Shown here one piece after another: positions 19,199-28,686 of a stretch of DNA of 64,000 nt. The stretch spans positions 1 through 64,000 of the forward strand of contig PXUB01000001.1 of NCBI GenBank assembly GCA_003009755.1, in the 5' to 3' direction. The notes under the pieces are model-generated. The model was not told the origin of the DNA. It saw only the letters and a list, made by a program, of their open reading frames with translations, and did no database searches. The translations under genes and the position numbers were made by a program. Every line of letters begins with the position of its first letter. Position 1 is the first letter of the stretch. Source of the stretch: Thermoplasmatales archaeon SW_10_69_26 (GTDB taxonomy: Archaea; Thermoplasmatota; SW-10-69-26).

Positions 19199-20392
19199 AT
19201 GGCGGACGAGGTCGTCCTGGCCGGCGCCGTGCGCACCCCCGTGGGCAAACTGTTGGGAGACCTGGCGGGGTACTCGGCCACCGAGCTGGGCGCGCGCGTC
19301 GTGGAGGAGACCGTCGATCGGACCGGCGTGGATCCGGACGCCATCGACGAGGTCGTCGTGGGGAACGCCATCCAGGCCGGCAACGGCCAGAACCCGGCCC
19401 GTCAGGCCGCCCTGAACGGAGGCCTGCCGGCGACCGTGTCGGCGTTCACGGTCAACAAGGTCTGCGGCTCGAGCCTGAAGGCAGCCATGCTGGCCGACCA
19501 ATCGATCCGCCTGGATCAGGCCCAGGCGACCGTGATCGGCGGGATCGAGTCGATGACGAACGCGCCCCACCTCATGCGCGATGCCCGCCGCGGCCAGCGC
19601 ATGGGCTCCGCCAGCCTCGAGGACTCGATGCTGCACGATGGCCTCACCGACCCGTTCAACGAGATCCACATGGGCGAGACGGGCGAGATCGTCGCCGAGG
19701 AGAACGGCATCACGCGCGAGCAGGCCGACGAGTTCGCCGAGCGCAGCCACGAGCGAGCCGCCCGCGCCCACGAGAACGGCTGGTTCAAGGACGAGATCGT
19801 GCCGATCGAGGCTCGCCGCCCCGACGGCAAGCGTGAGGGCGAGCTCGTCACGGTCGACGAGACGATGCGCCCGGACACGACGGCGGACGAGCTGTCGACG
19901 CTGTCGCCGGTGTTCCGCGAGGACGGCGTCGTCACGCCCGGCAACGCCTCCCCGATCAGCGACGGTGCGAGCGCGATGGTCGTCGCCAGCCGCGAGTTCG
20001 CCGAGGAAAGCGGTCTCCCCGTGCAGGCCCGCATCGAGGGCTACGGGATGGCCGGCGTCGAGCCCGAGCGCGTCATGTCGGCGCCGATCCCCGGCACCCG
20101 CCAGCTGCTCGCGGACCTCGATCTGACGATCGACGACATCGACCTGTTCGAGCACAACGAGGCCTTCGCCACGGCGTCCTGCGCGGTCCGGGCCAACCTC
20201 GAGGTCCCCGACGACATGTTCAACGTCTCCGGCGGCGCGATCGCGCTGGGCCACCCGCTGGGCGCCTCCGGGGCCCGCATCCTGACGACGCTGGTCCACA
20301 ACCTCCAACGCACGGGCGAGCACCGCGGCCTGGCCACGCTGTGTCTGGGTGGAGGGAACTCGGTCCAGATGGTCGTGGAACGGACCGAGTAG
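19199..20392 (+). CDS. Acetyl-CoA C-acetyltransferase (thiolase)
   Basis: NKVCGSS, HNEAFA, GHPLGASG, LCLGGG. Confidence 0.96.
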   Translation: MADEVVLAGAVRTPVGKLLGDLAGYSATELGARVVEETVDRTGVDPDAIDEVVVGNAIQAGNGQNPARQAALNGGLPATVSAFTVNKVCGSSLKAAMLADQSIRLDQAQATVIGGIESMTNAPHLMRDARRGQRMGSASLEDSMLHDGLTDPFNEIHMGETGEIVAEENGITREQADEFAERSHERAARAHENGWFKDEIVPIEARRPDGKREGELVTVDETMRPDTTADELSTLSPVFREDGVVTPGNASPISDGASAMVVASREFAEESGLPVQARIEGYGMAGVEPERVMSAPIPGTRQLLADLDLTIDDIDLFEHNEAFATASCAVRANLEVPDDMFNVSGGAIALGHPLGASGARILTTLVHNLQRTGEHRGLATLCLGGGNSVQMVVERTE

Positions 20393-20587
20393 GCCCGAAG
20401 ACCGGGTCAGCCGGCGCAAGTCGACGGGCGAGGAGGCTGCGCCAGCCCAGCGGCTCGTTGAACATCTTCAACCGAGAATCACCGTCCCCAGCCGCTGGGG
20501 CCCGCCATCAGCGGACCTCGCAAGCTCGTCCCTACAGCGTTGAGCCTCGCGGAGGGCTTAGGGCCGAGGACGTGCGAGGGCAAGCCT

Positions 20588-20830
20588 ATGGGCATGACTC
20601 GTTCGTTGACCTGGGCGCTCGGTGCGATCTTGATCGCCATCGGTATCGCCATCATCCTGTTCTGGTCGGGGGTGGCGAACTGGATCCCCGGCGCGGTGCT
20701 GGCGGCAGGCGTCGTCATCGTGCTCGGCATCATCGTCATGGGGATGGCCGACCGCAGCGAGGGCGGCGGAGGCGGGACGACCGTCCACGACGAGGACGAC
20801 GGCTCGCCGGACGTCGTCAAGGTCGACTGA
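20588..20830 (+). CDS. Small two-TM membrane protein
   Basis: Two hydrophobic helices and an acidic tail. Confidence 0.6.
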   Translation: MGMTRSLTWALGAILIAIGIAIILFWSGVANWIPGAVLAAGVVIVLGIIVMGMADRSEGGGGGTTVHDEDDGSPDVVKVD

Positions 20831-20853
20831 CGGCTCCAACCCGGGAGCCGTGG

Positions 20854-22581
20854 TCACCGCGTCCGCTCGTGCACGTACAAGGTCATCTGGTAGCGGGACC
20901 CCAGCTCGGCCCCGCACCACGAGCCGGTCGCGGTCCAGGGCTCCTCGTCGAGGAAGCCGAGATCGACGTCGGGCTTCTCCGTCCGGAGGTGGCGGTCGAC
21001 GAGGAGGTAGGCCGAGCCGTCCTCGGCCTCGAGCTCGAGCGCGATCCCGCGCCGTTCGCTGGCCGAGACGAAGAACGAATCGCTGACCCACACGCGAGGC
21101 CCGGGATCGACGAGGGCGGAGAGCACCGTGTTGGGTCGCCAGTCGCCGGTGACCACGACCGAGCGCGGGTGAGAGCCGACGCGGTCGGCCACCTCCTGCA
21201 GCCCCTCCATCTCGCAGGGTTCGTAGAGGCGGTACCAGCCCTCGTCGTAGGGACCGGGCGTGGTCACGGCGAGGGTTCCCGCCGCGACGCCGGCGACGGC
21301 GACCGTGAGGGCCAGCGTCCCCGCCGACACCCCCGCCCATCGGCGGCTTCGGGCCCCGCGGGCGCCGACGAGGGCTCCGCCACGGGCCAGGCCTTGGACG
21401 AGCCCGCCGGCGAGCAGCGCGGCGGCCAGGCCGAGGTAGGCGACGACGCGGTGGGAGACGAAGCCACTGCCCAACAGCGGGAAGATCGTCAACGGGTACG
21501 TCGCGATGCCGAGGCCGAGGGCCGTGTAGGTCAACGGTCCGGCCAGCAGGGGGGCCCCGACGACCCCGAGGGCCCCGAGGCCGATCAGCGGCCAGCCCAG
21601 CATCCGGGGCAGGTCGACGAACTCGGGGAACCCGCGTTGCAGCGCCAGCCACGTCAAGCCGGCCAACGCGCCCCCGAGCATGGCGGCGACCCCGAGGCGG
21701 ACCACGAGGGATCGGCGGCCCGTCTCGATCGGGGCCGAGGGATCGGCGGCTCGTACCCACAACAGCCCGCCGACGATCGCCGTGGCGGCGAGCACGACCG
21801 GGGCCGCCAGCAGCAGCGAGGCGCCGCCGGGCAGCACCTGCTGGTAGCCGGGACCGCACAGCCCGGCGCAGGTGGACAACACCAGCGCGAGCGCGCCGCC
21901 GACGACGCCGAGGCCAGCCGCGAGCCCGCGGGCCGAGGGCCGGGGGGCCTCCTCGGCCGACCAGGGGACGGCCAACGTGAGCAGCCCGAACACGAGGCCG
22001 GCGGCGGCCAGCATCCCGATCAGCCACGGGTGGGAGAACACGAGGTAGAGGGTGAGCAGGGCCGCCGGCGGCACCCAACCCATGAGGTCTGCGACGACCG
22101 CCAGCAAGGCGTACACGGTGAACCCCAGCAAGGCGACGTCGATGGCGGTCGGGGCCATCATCGTCGTGCGGAACACGAGCTCGGGCGCCAGCGCGACGGC
22201 CAAGCCGCCGACGAAGGCTGCCAGGCGGCCGGCGTGGTGCCAGAGCAAAAGCGCCGTGCCGAGGATGCTGAGGCCGCCGAACACGACGGGCGAGAAGCGG
22301 ACGATCGTGTAGAGGTCCTCGCCCGTGAAGGCCCACACCGCGGCCAACAGCGCGTGCATGCCGGGCGGGTAAAGCTCCTCGCCGAAGGGGTCGGTCGGCT
22401 CGAGGGACCCGGCGGCGAGGTGGGCCTTGAGCCGCGCCATGTGCGTGAACGGGTCCTCGGCCGGGATCACCGGCGAGGACAGCGGCTCCTGGAGCCGGAG
22501 GACGAGCCCTGCGGCGAGGGTTGCGGCGACCGCAACCAGCCCGACAGCATCCGCGAGCTGGCTGCCCCGCGAGCGTTCCAT
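20854..22581 (-). CDS. Polytopic membrane protein, GT-C-like glycosyltransferase
   Basis: EDPFTH…YPPGMH first-loop motif, more than 10 TM helices, soluble C-terminal domain. Confidence 0.65.
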   Translation of the reverse strand: MERSRGSQLADAVGLVAVAATLAAGLVLRLQEPLSSPVIPAEDPFTHMARLKAHLAAGSLEPTDPFGEELYPPGMHALLAAVWAFTGEDLYTIVRFSPVVFGGLSILGTALLLWHHAGRLAAFVGGLAVALAPELVFRTTMMAPTAIDVALLGFTVYALLAVVADLMGWVPPAALLTLYLVFSHPWLIGMLAAAGLVFGLLTLAVPWSAEEAPRPSARGLAAGLGVVGGALALVLSTCAGLCGPGYQQVLPGGASLLLAAPVVLAATAIVGGLLWVRAADPSAPIETGRRSLVVRLGVAAMLGGALAGLTWLALQRGFPEFVDLPRMLGWPLIGLGALGVVGAPLLAGPLTYTALGLGIATYPLTIFPLLGSGFVSHRVVAYLGLAAALLAGGLVQGLARGGALVGARGARSRRWAGVSAGTLALTVAVAGVAAGTLAVTTPGPYDEGWYRLYEPCEMEGLQEVADRVGSHPRSVVVTGDWRPNTVLSALVDPGPRVWVSDSFFVSASERRGIALELEAEDGSAYLLVDRHLRTEKPDVDLGFLDEEPWTATGSWCGAELGSRYQMTLYVHERTR

Positions 22582-22688
22582 GCGGGGACAAGTTCGGTCG
22601 CGACGGCTTACCGGTGTTGGGACATCCCTCGGCCAGGCTCGGCGCCCCACCCCGGAAGTTTAGACGGTCGAGCACGTGGGGGCGTGCG

Positions 22689-23105
22689 ATGACGCGGGCG
22701 GCGACCGTCCTGCACGTGGACGACGACGAAGCGCTTCGGCGTCTCGTGGAGGAGATGTTCAAGCAGGAGGCCCCGGACCTCGACTACGTGTCGGCGGGCT
22801 CCACCGAGGCGGCGCTGGAGGCCTTGTCGGACATCGAGCCGCCGATCGTGCTGTTGCTGGATCGCCGGTTGCCCGCAACCGACATCTGGGGCTTCCGGGA
22901 CGAGGTCGCAGGCACGCTGGACCGCGTGTCTGTGCCGACGTTCGTCCTCTCGGGGAGCGAGCACCCCGACGACGTGGCCGAGGCCTACGCCAAGGGTGCC
23001 GTCGCCTACCTCGAGAAGCCGGTCGACGCGGACGGCTTCGGCCGCATCGCGAGCCTGATCGACCGCTACACCGAGGTCGCCACGATGCCGGGCCCCGAGG
23101 CCTGA
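22689..23105 (+). CDS. Single-domain response regulator
   Basis: VDDD, LLLD phosphoacceptor, LSGS, YLEKP. Confidence 0.9.
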   Translation: MTRAATVLHVDDDEALRRLVEEMFKQEAPDLDYVSAGSTEAALEALSDIEPPIVLLLDRRLPATDIWGFRDEVAGTLDRVSVPTFVLSGSEHPDDVAEAYAKGAVAYLEKPVDADGFGRIASLIDRYTEVATMPGPEA

Positions 23106-23263
23106 GGACGCCGGCGGCCGCCGGCAGCCGGCCGGGTACTTGATTGTTGCTTTCGTTCACTTCCGGAGGAGGACCGGATGGCGCGCTGGGGCGCCGGGCC
23201 GGTTGAACGAAAGCCGCCTGTCGAGGGGGGGTATGTAGGAGCCAGCTCGATGGTAGGCTTGCG

Positions 23264-23542
23264 ATGATGGAGCTTGCCTACGCCCCTTCGCTCCCGGATG
23301 GGTTGATCGCTCGCCTGGAGGAAGCCGCCCGTGGCGTCGGCCTCCCGCTGCGCGAGATCGAGCTGCTCGGTCAGGACCGCTACCTAGCGCGCGCGTTCGT
23401 CGAGGCCGTGCGTGGAGGCGACCACGACGTGTTCCTCTCCGGGGTCGACTGGGACGCGCTCTACGAGCGGTTGGAGGGCCGCGGGCTCGAGCCGCCCGAG
23501 GGTCCCTTCGCCGGCCCCAGCCCGGATATGGCGCAGGCCTGA
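23264..23542 (+). CDS. Hypothetical protein
   Basis: 92 aa ORF with host-like codon use. Confidence 0.5.
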   Translation: MMELAYAPSLPDGLIARLEEAARGVGLPLREIELLGQDRYLARAFVEAVRGGDHDVFLSGVDWDALYERLEGRGLEPPEGPFAGPSPDMAQA

Positions 23543-23546
23543 GGCC

Positions 23547-24944
23547 TCAGCCGTAGAGACCCCAGCGGGGCTCGAGCACGTAGAAGCCGGTGTACATGTC
23601 GGCGGTGACGAGGTAGCCGTGGTGGTCGAACATGCCACCCCAGACGCGCGGGATCGACGGATCGCCGGTCGCCTTGAACGTCGGCACTTGGGTGACGGGC
23701 TGCTCGTGGGGTTGGTAGAAGCCCAGCGTGACGGGATCTTCTTGACGCTCCTGCGTGGATACGTCGAACACCCAGATGCCGGCGTGGTTCCACGCGATGG
23801 CGACCTGCCCGTGCGGGGTGACGTCGATGTTGTGCGGGCTCCAGCGGTAGTTCGTCCAGCCGGGCAGATCCTCGACGGGTAGCGTCCACTGCGAGAGCAC
23901 CTCGGGCTCGGTCGGGTCGGTCACGTTGAGGACGGTGATCATCGGCGGGTCGGAGCCGTCCATCGTGCCGGCGGGATCCGCGAACACCTCGCCGCCGACG
24001 ACGAGCAGCGCGCGTCCGTCGACGAGCTGGGAGCTGGCCGTTTGCTCGTGCCAGCCGGTGATCTCGGGACCCTTCTCGGTCAGGACCTCGGGCTGCTCGG
24101 GATCGGAGACGTCGAAGATCGCGAACGTGTTCCCGCTCGTCGTGTACAGGGTGGGCTCGCCGGTGATCGGGTGCTCGTCGACGAAGGCGTCGTGGCCGCC
24201 GGGCACCTCGGCGACCTGCTCGAAGGCCTCGCCCTCGCCGGCCGAGGCGTCGAAGCGCAGGATCTCGACCCCGTTCGTGAACACGTAGAGCTCGCCGTCG
24301 ATCGTGTGCGTCCAGATGTTGTGGGTGTTGACGCCCGAGACGAAGTCGACGAACTCGGGGTTCTCGGGATCGGAGACGTCGTAGGCCACGATCCCGTCCG
24401 ACCGGTCGGAGCCGGGGTTGGGCTCGTCGGTGGTGCAGTCGCCGGCGGCGCCCATCGCGTCGTTGCGCTCGCTGGGTTGGCAGGACACGAACAGGATCCC
24501 GGCGTCCTCGCTGAGGCGGGCGTCCTGGTCGACGCCGGTGGAGGGCACGAGGCTCAGCGGATCGGGGTTGCGCGGGTCCGAGATGTCGACGAGCGCGGCG
24601 CCGACGTCGTCCTTGTAGGAGGCGACGGCGGCGAGGTGGCCCTGGATGTCGACCTCGGTCCAGCCGGCCTGGTCGTCGGTCCCGTACAGATCGCTGAAGT
24701 CGGTGTGCCCGGCCACCGACAGGCCGACGCCTTGCGTGTGGGCGTCGGGGTTCTGGTGGTCGGGGTGGTCGACCGGCAACATGCCGGTGAGGTTCTCTTC
24801 GGGTTCGGGCGGCACGAACGCGGTCTCGTTGGCCTCCTCGGCGTCGGGGGTCTGGCTGGCGGGGGTCTCGTCGGTCCCGATGCACCCGGCCAGGCCACCG
24901 GTCAGGAGGACGAGCGCCAGCGCGACGGTCCAACCTCGGCTCAT
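23547..24944 (-). CDS. LVIVD-repeat lipoprotein (beta-propeller)
   Basis: Lipobox LAGC; repeats LVDISDPRNP, YDVSDPENP, FDVSDPEQP, LNVTDPTEP. Confidence 0.85.
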   Translation of the reverse strand: MSRGWTVALALVLLTGGLAGCIGTDETPASQTPDAEEANETAFVPPEPEENLTGMLPVDHPDHQNPDAHTQGVGLSVAGHTDFSDLYGTDDQAGWTEVDIQGHLAAVASYKDDVGAALVDISDPRNPDPLSLVPSTGVDQDARLSEDAGILFVSCQPSERNDAMGAAGDCTTDEPNPGSDRSDGIVAYDVSDPENPEFVDFVSGVNTHNIWTHTIDGELYVFTNGVEILRFDASAGEGEAFEQVAEVPGGHDAFVDEHPITGEPTLYTTSGNTFAIFDVSDPEQPEVLTEKGPEITGWHEQTASSQLVDGRALLVVGGEVFADPAGTMDGSDPPMITVLNVTDPTEPEVLSQWTLPVEDLPGWTNYRWSPHNIDVTPHGQVAIAWNHAGIWVFDVSTQERQEDPVTLGFYQPHEQPVTQVPTFKATGDPSIPRVWGGMFDHHGYLVTADMYTGFYVLEPRWGLYG

Positions 24945-25054
24945 CGATCCCAAGGACGGGGCCTGGGCGTGTAACCGTTTCGGGGCACCGGTCCCTCGGT
25001 TCCCGGTCCACGGCCGGGCGTGAGCGTTTTGACTGGGGCTAGCCTAGGGCCTGC

Positions 25055-25546
25055 GTGGACGTGGAGCTGGCCGACCCCGAGCCCGCGAGCGTGGACAACG
25101 CCATCGCTCTGCTGGCCCTGGGTCTGGCCGGGTTCGGGGCCTACCGCGTGTTCACGGAGATCGGCCAGGAGGGCGGCCTCGTCGGGTGGGCGTTCCTGTT
25201 GGCCGGGTTCCTCGGCATCGTACCGCGCGTGTTCCTGCAGATGCGGTTGCAGGACGACGAGCTCGTGGTCGAGGTCGTGTCGGGCACCCGGACCGTCGAT
25301 CTCGCCGAGGTGACCGGGGCCCGCGTCATCGACCGCTGGCTGTTGATCCGCCTGGGCGGGGTCGGGGCCGCCCGCTACCACACCGGCAACTTCTTCGTGT
25401 TCGGCGAAGGGCACGTGAAGGCCTACGCCTCCCGCATCCACGGGCCCTTCGTCCTGCTCGAACGCCGCGAGGACCGGCCCGTCATCTTGTCCCCGGCCGA
25501 TCCCCAGCGCTTGCGCGAGACCGTCGGCTCCCGCCTGGGCCGGTGA
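25055..25546 (+). CDS. Membrane protein with bacterial PH-like domain
   Basis: Two TM helices then RLGGVG…YHTGNF…VILSPADP. Confidence 0.7.
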   Translation: MDVELADPEPASVDNAIALLALGLAGFGAYRVFTEIGQEGGLVGWAFLLAGFLGIVPRVFLQMRLQDDELVVEVVSGTRTVDLAEVTGARVIDRWLLIRLGGVGAARYHTGNFFVFGEGHVKAYASRIHGPFVLLERREDRPVILSPADPQRLRETVGSRLGR

Positions 25547-25599
25547 ACCGGCGGCTCCGGTGCACCAAGCGTTAACTCGTGCCTTGGGTATCCGACCCT

Positions 25600-26796
25600 A
25601 TGGTGGAGAGGACGGATCCGGCCTTCCCCGAGCCCGACGCCGAGATGCAGCGTCTGGCCGACCTCCACGCCTACGACATCCTGGACACGGCGCCGGAGGA
25701 GACCTACGAGGATCTCACCGCGCTGGCGGCCAAGCTGTGCGGGCGCCCGATGGCGGCGATCACGTTCATCGACGAGCACCGGCAGTGGGTGAAAGCCGAG
25801 GTCGGCGGCGGCGCTGAGGACACCGCTCGCAGCGAGTCGTTCTGCGCGCACGCCATCGCGGACCCGCAGGACGTTTACGTCGTCGAGGACGCCAGCAAGC
25901 ATCCGGCCTTCGAGGAGAACCCCTACGTCGTCGGCGACCCCGGGATCCGGTTCTACGCCGGGGCCCCGATCACCAGCTTCCGGGGCAACGGTCTGGGCAC
26001 GATCTGCGTGCTGGACTCGGAGCCCGGCGATCTCAGCGAGGACGAGAGCGCGGCCCTCGAGGCGTTGAGCCGGACCCTCACCATGCAGTTGGAGCTGCGT
26101 CGGCGCGGTCGGGAGCTGCGCCGGGCCGTCGAGGACATGGAGCTGGTCGCCTCGGCGGTCGGCGGCGACGTCCAGGAGGACCTCTCCACCGTCCACACGG
26201 CGTTGGGGACGCTGGCCGAACACGTCGACGAGGACGAGACCGAGGCTCGCGAGGAGCTGGCGGCCGGGCGGGAGGCCGCGCGCAGCCTGGCCCGATCGAT
26301 CGGCAGCCTCGAGGAGTACGTCGATCTGGCGCGCCGACGGGATCCGCGCGATCCGACACCCTTGGCCGACGCGCTCGAGCAGGCCAAGGCGGAGGCCGAG
26401 CTGCCCGACGACGTGCGGATCGAGGCTCACGGGCTCCCGGTCGCCTGGGCCGACCGCCGCCAGCTGGTGACCCTGCTGGGCAACCTGGTCGGCCTGCTCG
26501 TCGACCTCACCGACGCCCGATCGCCGATCCACGCGACCGCGCATCGCGGCGAGCAGCGCTGGCGGATCGAGCTCTCCTCGGAGACCGACGACGTCTCCCA
26601 GGCCCGACGGAAAGCCACCCAGGCCGGGCTGGCCTCCCAGACGCCCCCCGGTCCCGAGGAAGGGGAGCTGTGGGGCGTGGCCCTGTGCCGGCGGATCGTC
26701 GACCGTCACGGCGGGCAGATCGGGCTCTCGCCCGGCGAGGACCGGCTGGGCGTGTGGTTCACGTTGCCCGGCCCCGAGGCCAGCCCGCAGCCCTAA
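25600..26796 (+). CDS. GAF domain protein with degenerate histidine-kinase module
   Basis: Intact GAF (YDILDT, SFCAHAI, IRFYAGAP, LGTICVLD); H-box lacks His; RRIVDRHGGQI retained. Confidence 0.8.
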   Translation: MVERTDPAFPEPDAEMQRLADLHAYDILDTAPEETYEDLTALAAKLCGRPMAAITFIDEHRQWVKAEVGGGAEDTARSESFCAHAIADPQDVYVVEDASKHPAFEENPYVVGDPGIRFYAGAPITSFRGNGLGTICVLDSEPGDLSEDESAALEALSRTLTMQLELRRRGRELRRAVEDMELVASAVGGDVQEDLSTVHTALGTLAEHVDEDETEAREELAAGREAARSLARSIGSLEEYVDLARRRDPRDPTPLADALEQAKAEAELPDDVRIEAHGLPVAWADRRQLVTLLGNLVGLLVDLTDARSPIHATAHRGEQRWRIELSSETDDVSQARRKATQAGLASQTPPGPEEGELWGVALCRRIVDRHGGQIGLSPGEDRLGVWFTLPGPEASPQP

Positions 26797-26956
26797 CCGG
26801 CAGCTGGCGGCCGACGATCCGAGCGAGACTGCTCGCATGGCCCCCAGTGCTCGGTCGGGTGCCTGGCAGCCAACCGGACGGGAGACGCCGCCAACGATGC
26901 AGGGGCCCGCCCCCGCCGCCCAACGGTTTTGAACGAGCTGGCCCCTGCCGGGGGCG

Positions 26957-27844
26957 ATGAGCCTCGACGACATCGACACGATCGGCGTGGTGGGCGCCGG
27001 CCAGATGGGTTCCGGCATCGCGCAGATCGCCGCCTCGACCGGGTACGACGTGGTGATGCGGGACATCAAGCAGGCGTTCCTCGACGAGGGGCTGTCGACG
27101 ATCGAGGGCTCGCTGGCCCGCTTCGTCGAGAGGGACGCGATCGACGAGCGGGAGAGGGACGAGATCCTGGCCCGCATCGAGACGACGACGGCGATCGAGG
27201 AGATGCGGGAGATCGACGTCGCGATCGAGGCCGTCGTCGAGGACGAGGACGTCAAGACGAGCGTGTTCGCCGACCTCGACCAGGTCACCGACGAGCACGC
27301 GATCTTGACGACGAACACCTCCTCGATCCCGATCACGACGCTGGCCTCGGCCACCGACCGCCCCAACCAGGTCGCCGGGATGCACTTCTTCAACCCGGTC
27401 CCGGTCATGGACCTCGTCGAGGTCATCCGCGGTCACGACACCTCGAACGCGACGGCCGAGACCGTGATCGCGCTCGCCCGGGACATGGGCAAGGACCCGG
27501 TCGAGGTCGAGGACCTCCCCGGCTTCGTCAGCAACCGCGTGCTCATGCCGATGCTGAACGAGGCGATGTTCGCCCTGCACGAGGGCGTGGCCGACGCCGA
27601 GGCGATCGACCAGGTCATGCGCATGGGCATGAACCACCCGATGGGGCCGCTCGAGTTGGCCGACTTCGTCGGGCTCGACACCTGCCTGCACATCCTGGAC
27701 GTGCTTCGGGACGGCTACGGTGACCCTAAGTACCGCCCGGCTCCGATCCTCAAGCAGAAGGTCGAGGCCGGCCACCTCGGCAAGAAGACCGGCCGCGGGT
27801 TCTACGTCTGGGACGAGGGCGACAAGGTCGCGCCGGCGGATTAA
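26957..27844 (+). CDS. hbd: 3-hydroxybutyryl/3-hydroxyacyl-CoA dehydrogenase
   Basis: GAGQMGSGIA, NTSS, GMHFFNP, HPMGP, GKKTGRGFY. Confidence 0.95.
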   Translation: MSLDDIDTIGVVGAGQMGSGIAQIAASTGYDVVMRDIKQAFLDEGLSTIEGSLARFVERDAIDERERDEILARIETTTAIEEMREIDVAIEAVVEDEDVKTSVFADLDQVTDEHAILTTNTSSIPITTLASATDRPNQVAGMHFFNPVPVMDLVEVIRGHDTSNATAETVIALARDMGKDPVEVEDLPGFVSNRVLMPMLNEAMFALHEGVADAEAIDQVMRMGMNHPMGPLELADFVGLDTCLHILDVLRDGYGDPKYRPAPILKQKVEAGHLGKKTGRGFYVWDEGDKVAPAD

Positions 27845-27943
27845 CGTCGAGGAAGCTGGCCTCGGCCAGCGAACGCGGCGGGCTGCCAGAGGTAGGGCGG
27901 GAGCCGTCGCAAGTTCCTTATCCCCGAGGCATCTCGGCCCGCC

Positions 27944-28456
27944 GTGCTCGGCTGGATCATCCTGGCCTTCGTCGTGATGCCGTTCGTCGAGCTGTGGCTG
28001 CTGATCCAGATCGGCGAACGGATCGGGTTCTGGCCGACCCTCTGGATCGTGCTCGGCACCGGCGTGCTCGGCGGCGTGCTCGCCCGCTACCAGGGCAGCC
28101 GGGCCTGGCGGGAGATCTTCGAGGCGATGCGCGAAGGCCGGGCACCCAAGCGCGAGCTGGTGGCCGGCGCCTTGTTCCTGTTCGGGGCGGCGCTTTTGTT
28201 GACGCCGGGCGTGATCACGGACGCGTTCGGGTTCGCGATGATGGTCCCGCCGTTGCGCCGCGGCTTGGCCGGCTACCTGATCTCGCGCGTGAGGGACAGC
28301 GACCGCATCCAGACGTACACGAACACCGGCGAGCGCTTCGGCGGGTTCGCCGGGTCGGGTGGCGGCCGGGCCGAGCAGGGCTACGACGTCGACGTCGAGG
28401 GGTACGCCAAGGACGAGGACCGCGACGACGACGAGGGCCCGCCTCGGATCCCGTGA
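27944..28456 (+). CDS. fxsA: FxsA family membrane protein
   Basis: PFVELWLLIQIG…LLLTPGVITDAFG. Confidence 0.9.
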   Translation: MLGWIILAFVVMPFVELWLLIQIGERIGFWPTLWIVLGTGVLGGVLARYQGSRAWREIFEAMREGRAPKRELVAGALFLFGAALLLTPGVITDAFGFAMMVPPLRRGLAGYLISRVRDSDRIQTYTNTGERFGGFAGSGGGRAEQGYDVDVEGYAKDEDRDDDEGPPRIP

Positions 28457-28686
28457 GAGCGATGCCGCTGGACCGGGACCGAGCAAGCCGTCGGTTGCCC
28501 GACCGAAACCTCCCCCGACAAGAGGTGGACAGGTCCGATGGGGCTCGAAGGGAGAGGGTGCCGGCCCGGCGACGTAGAAGTTGATGCGGCGGGCGAGGCC
28601 GCCGGGCCGACGGTAGTCGCCACAATCGAACGGTCTGAAAAGCTTTTCTCGGTTCCCCGTCACACGTCCGCAACCACGTTAAGGGT

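Noticed and set aside
20393-20580. Hairpin-rich gaps after the thiolase gene, and similar ones at 47490-47560, 50200-50400, 54545-54720 and 59980-60120
   Set aside because: Stems are expected at this GC content and shared motifs are too short to call without computation
28560-28650. Stem CGGCCCGGCG/CGCCGGGCCG and palindrome GAAAAGCTTTTC between convergent fxsA and lig
   Set aside because: Adequately explained as a bidirectional terminator region; no second copy seen
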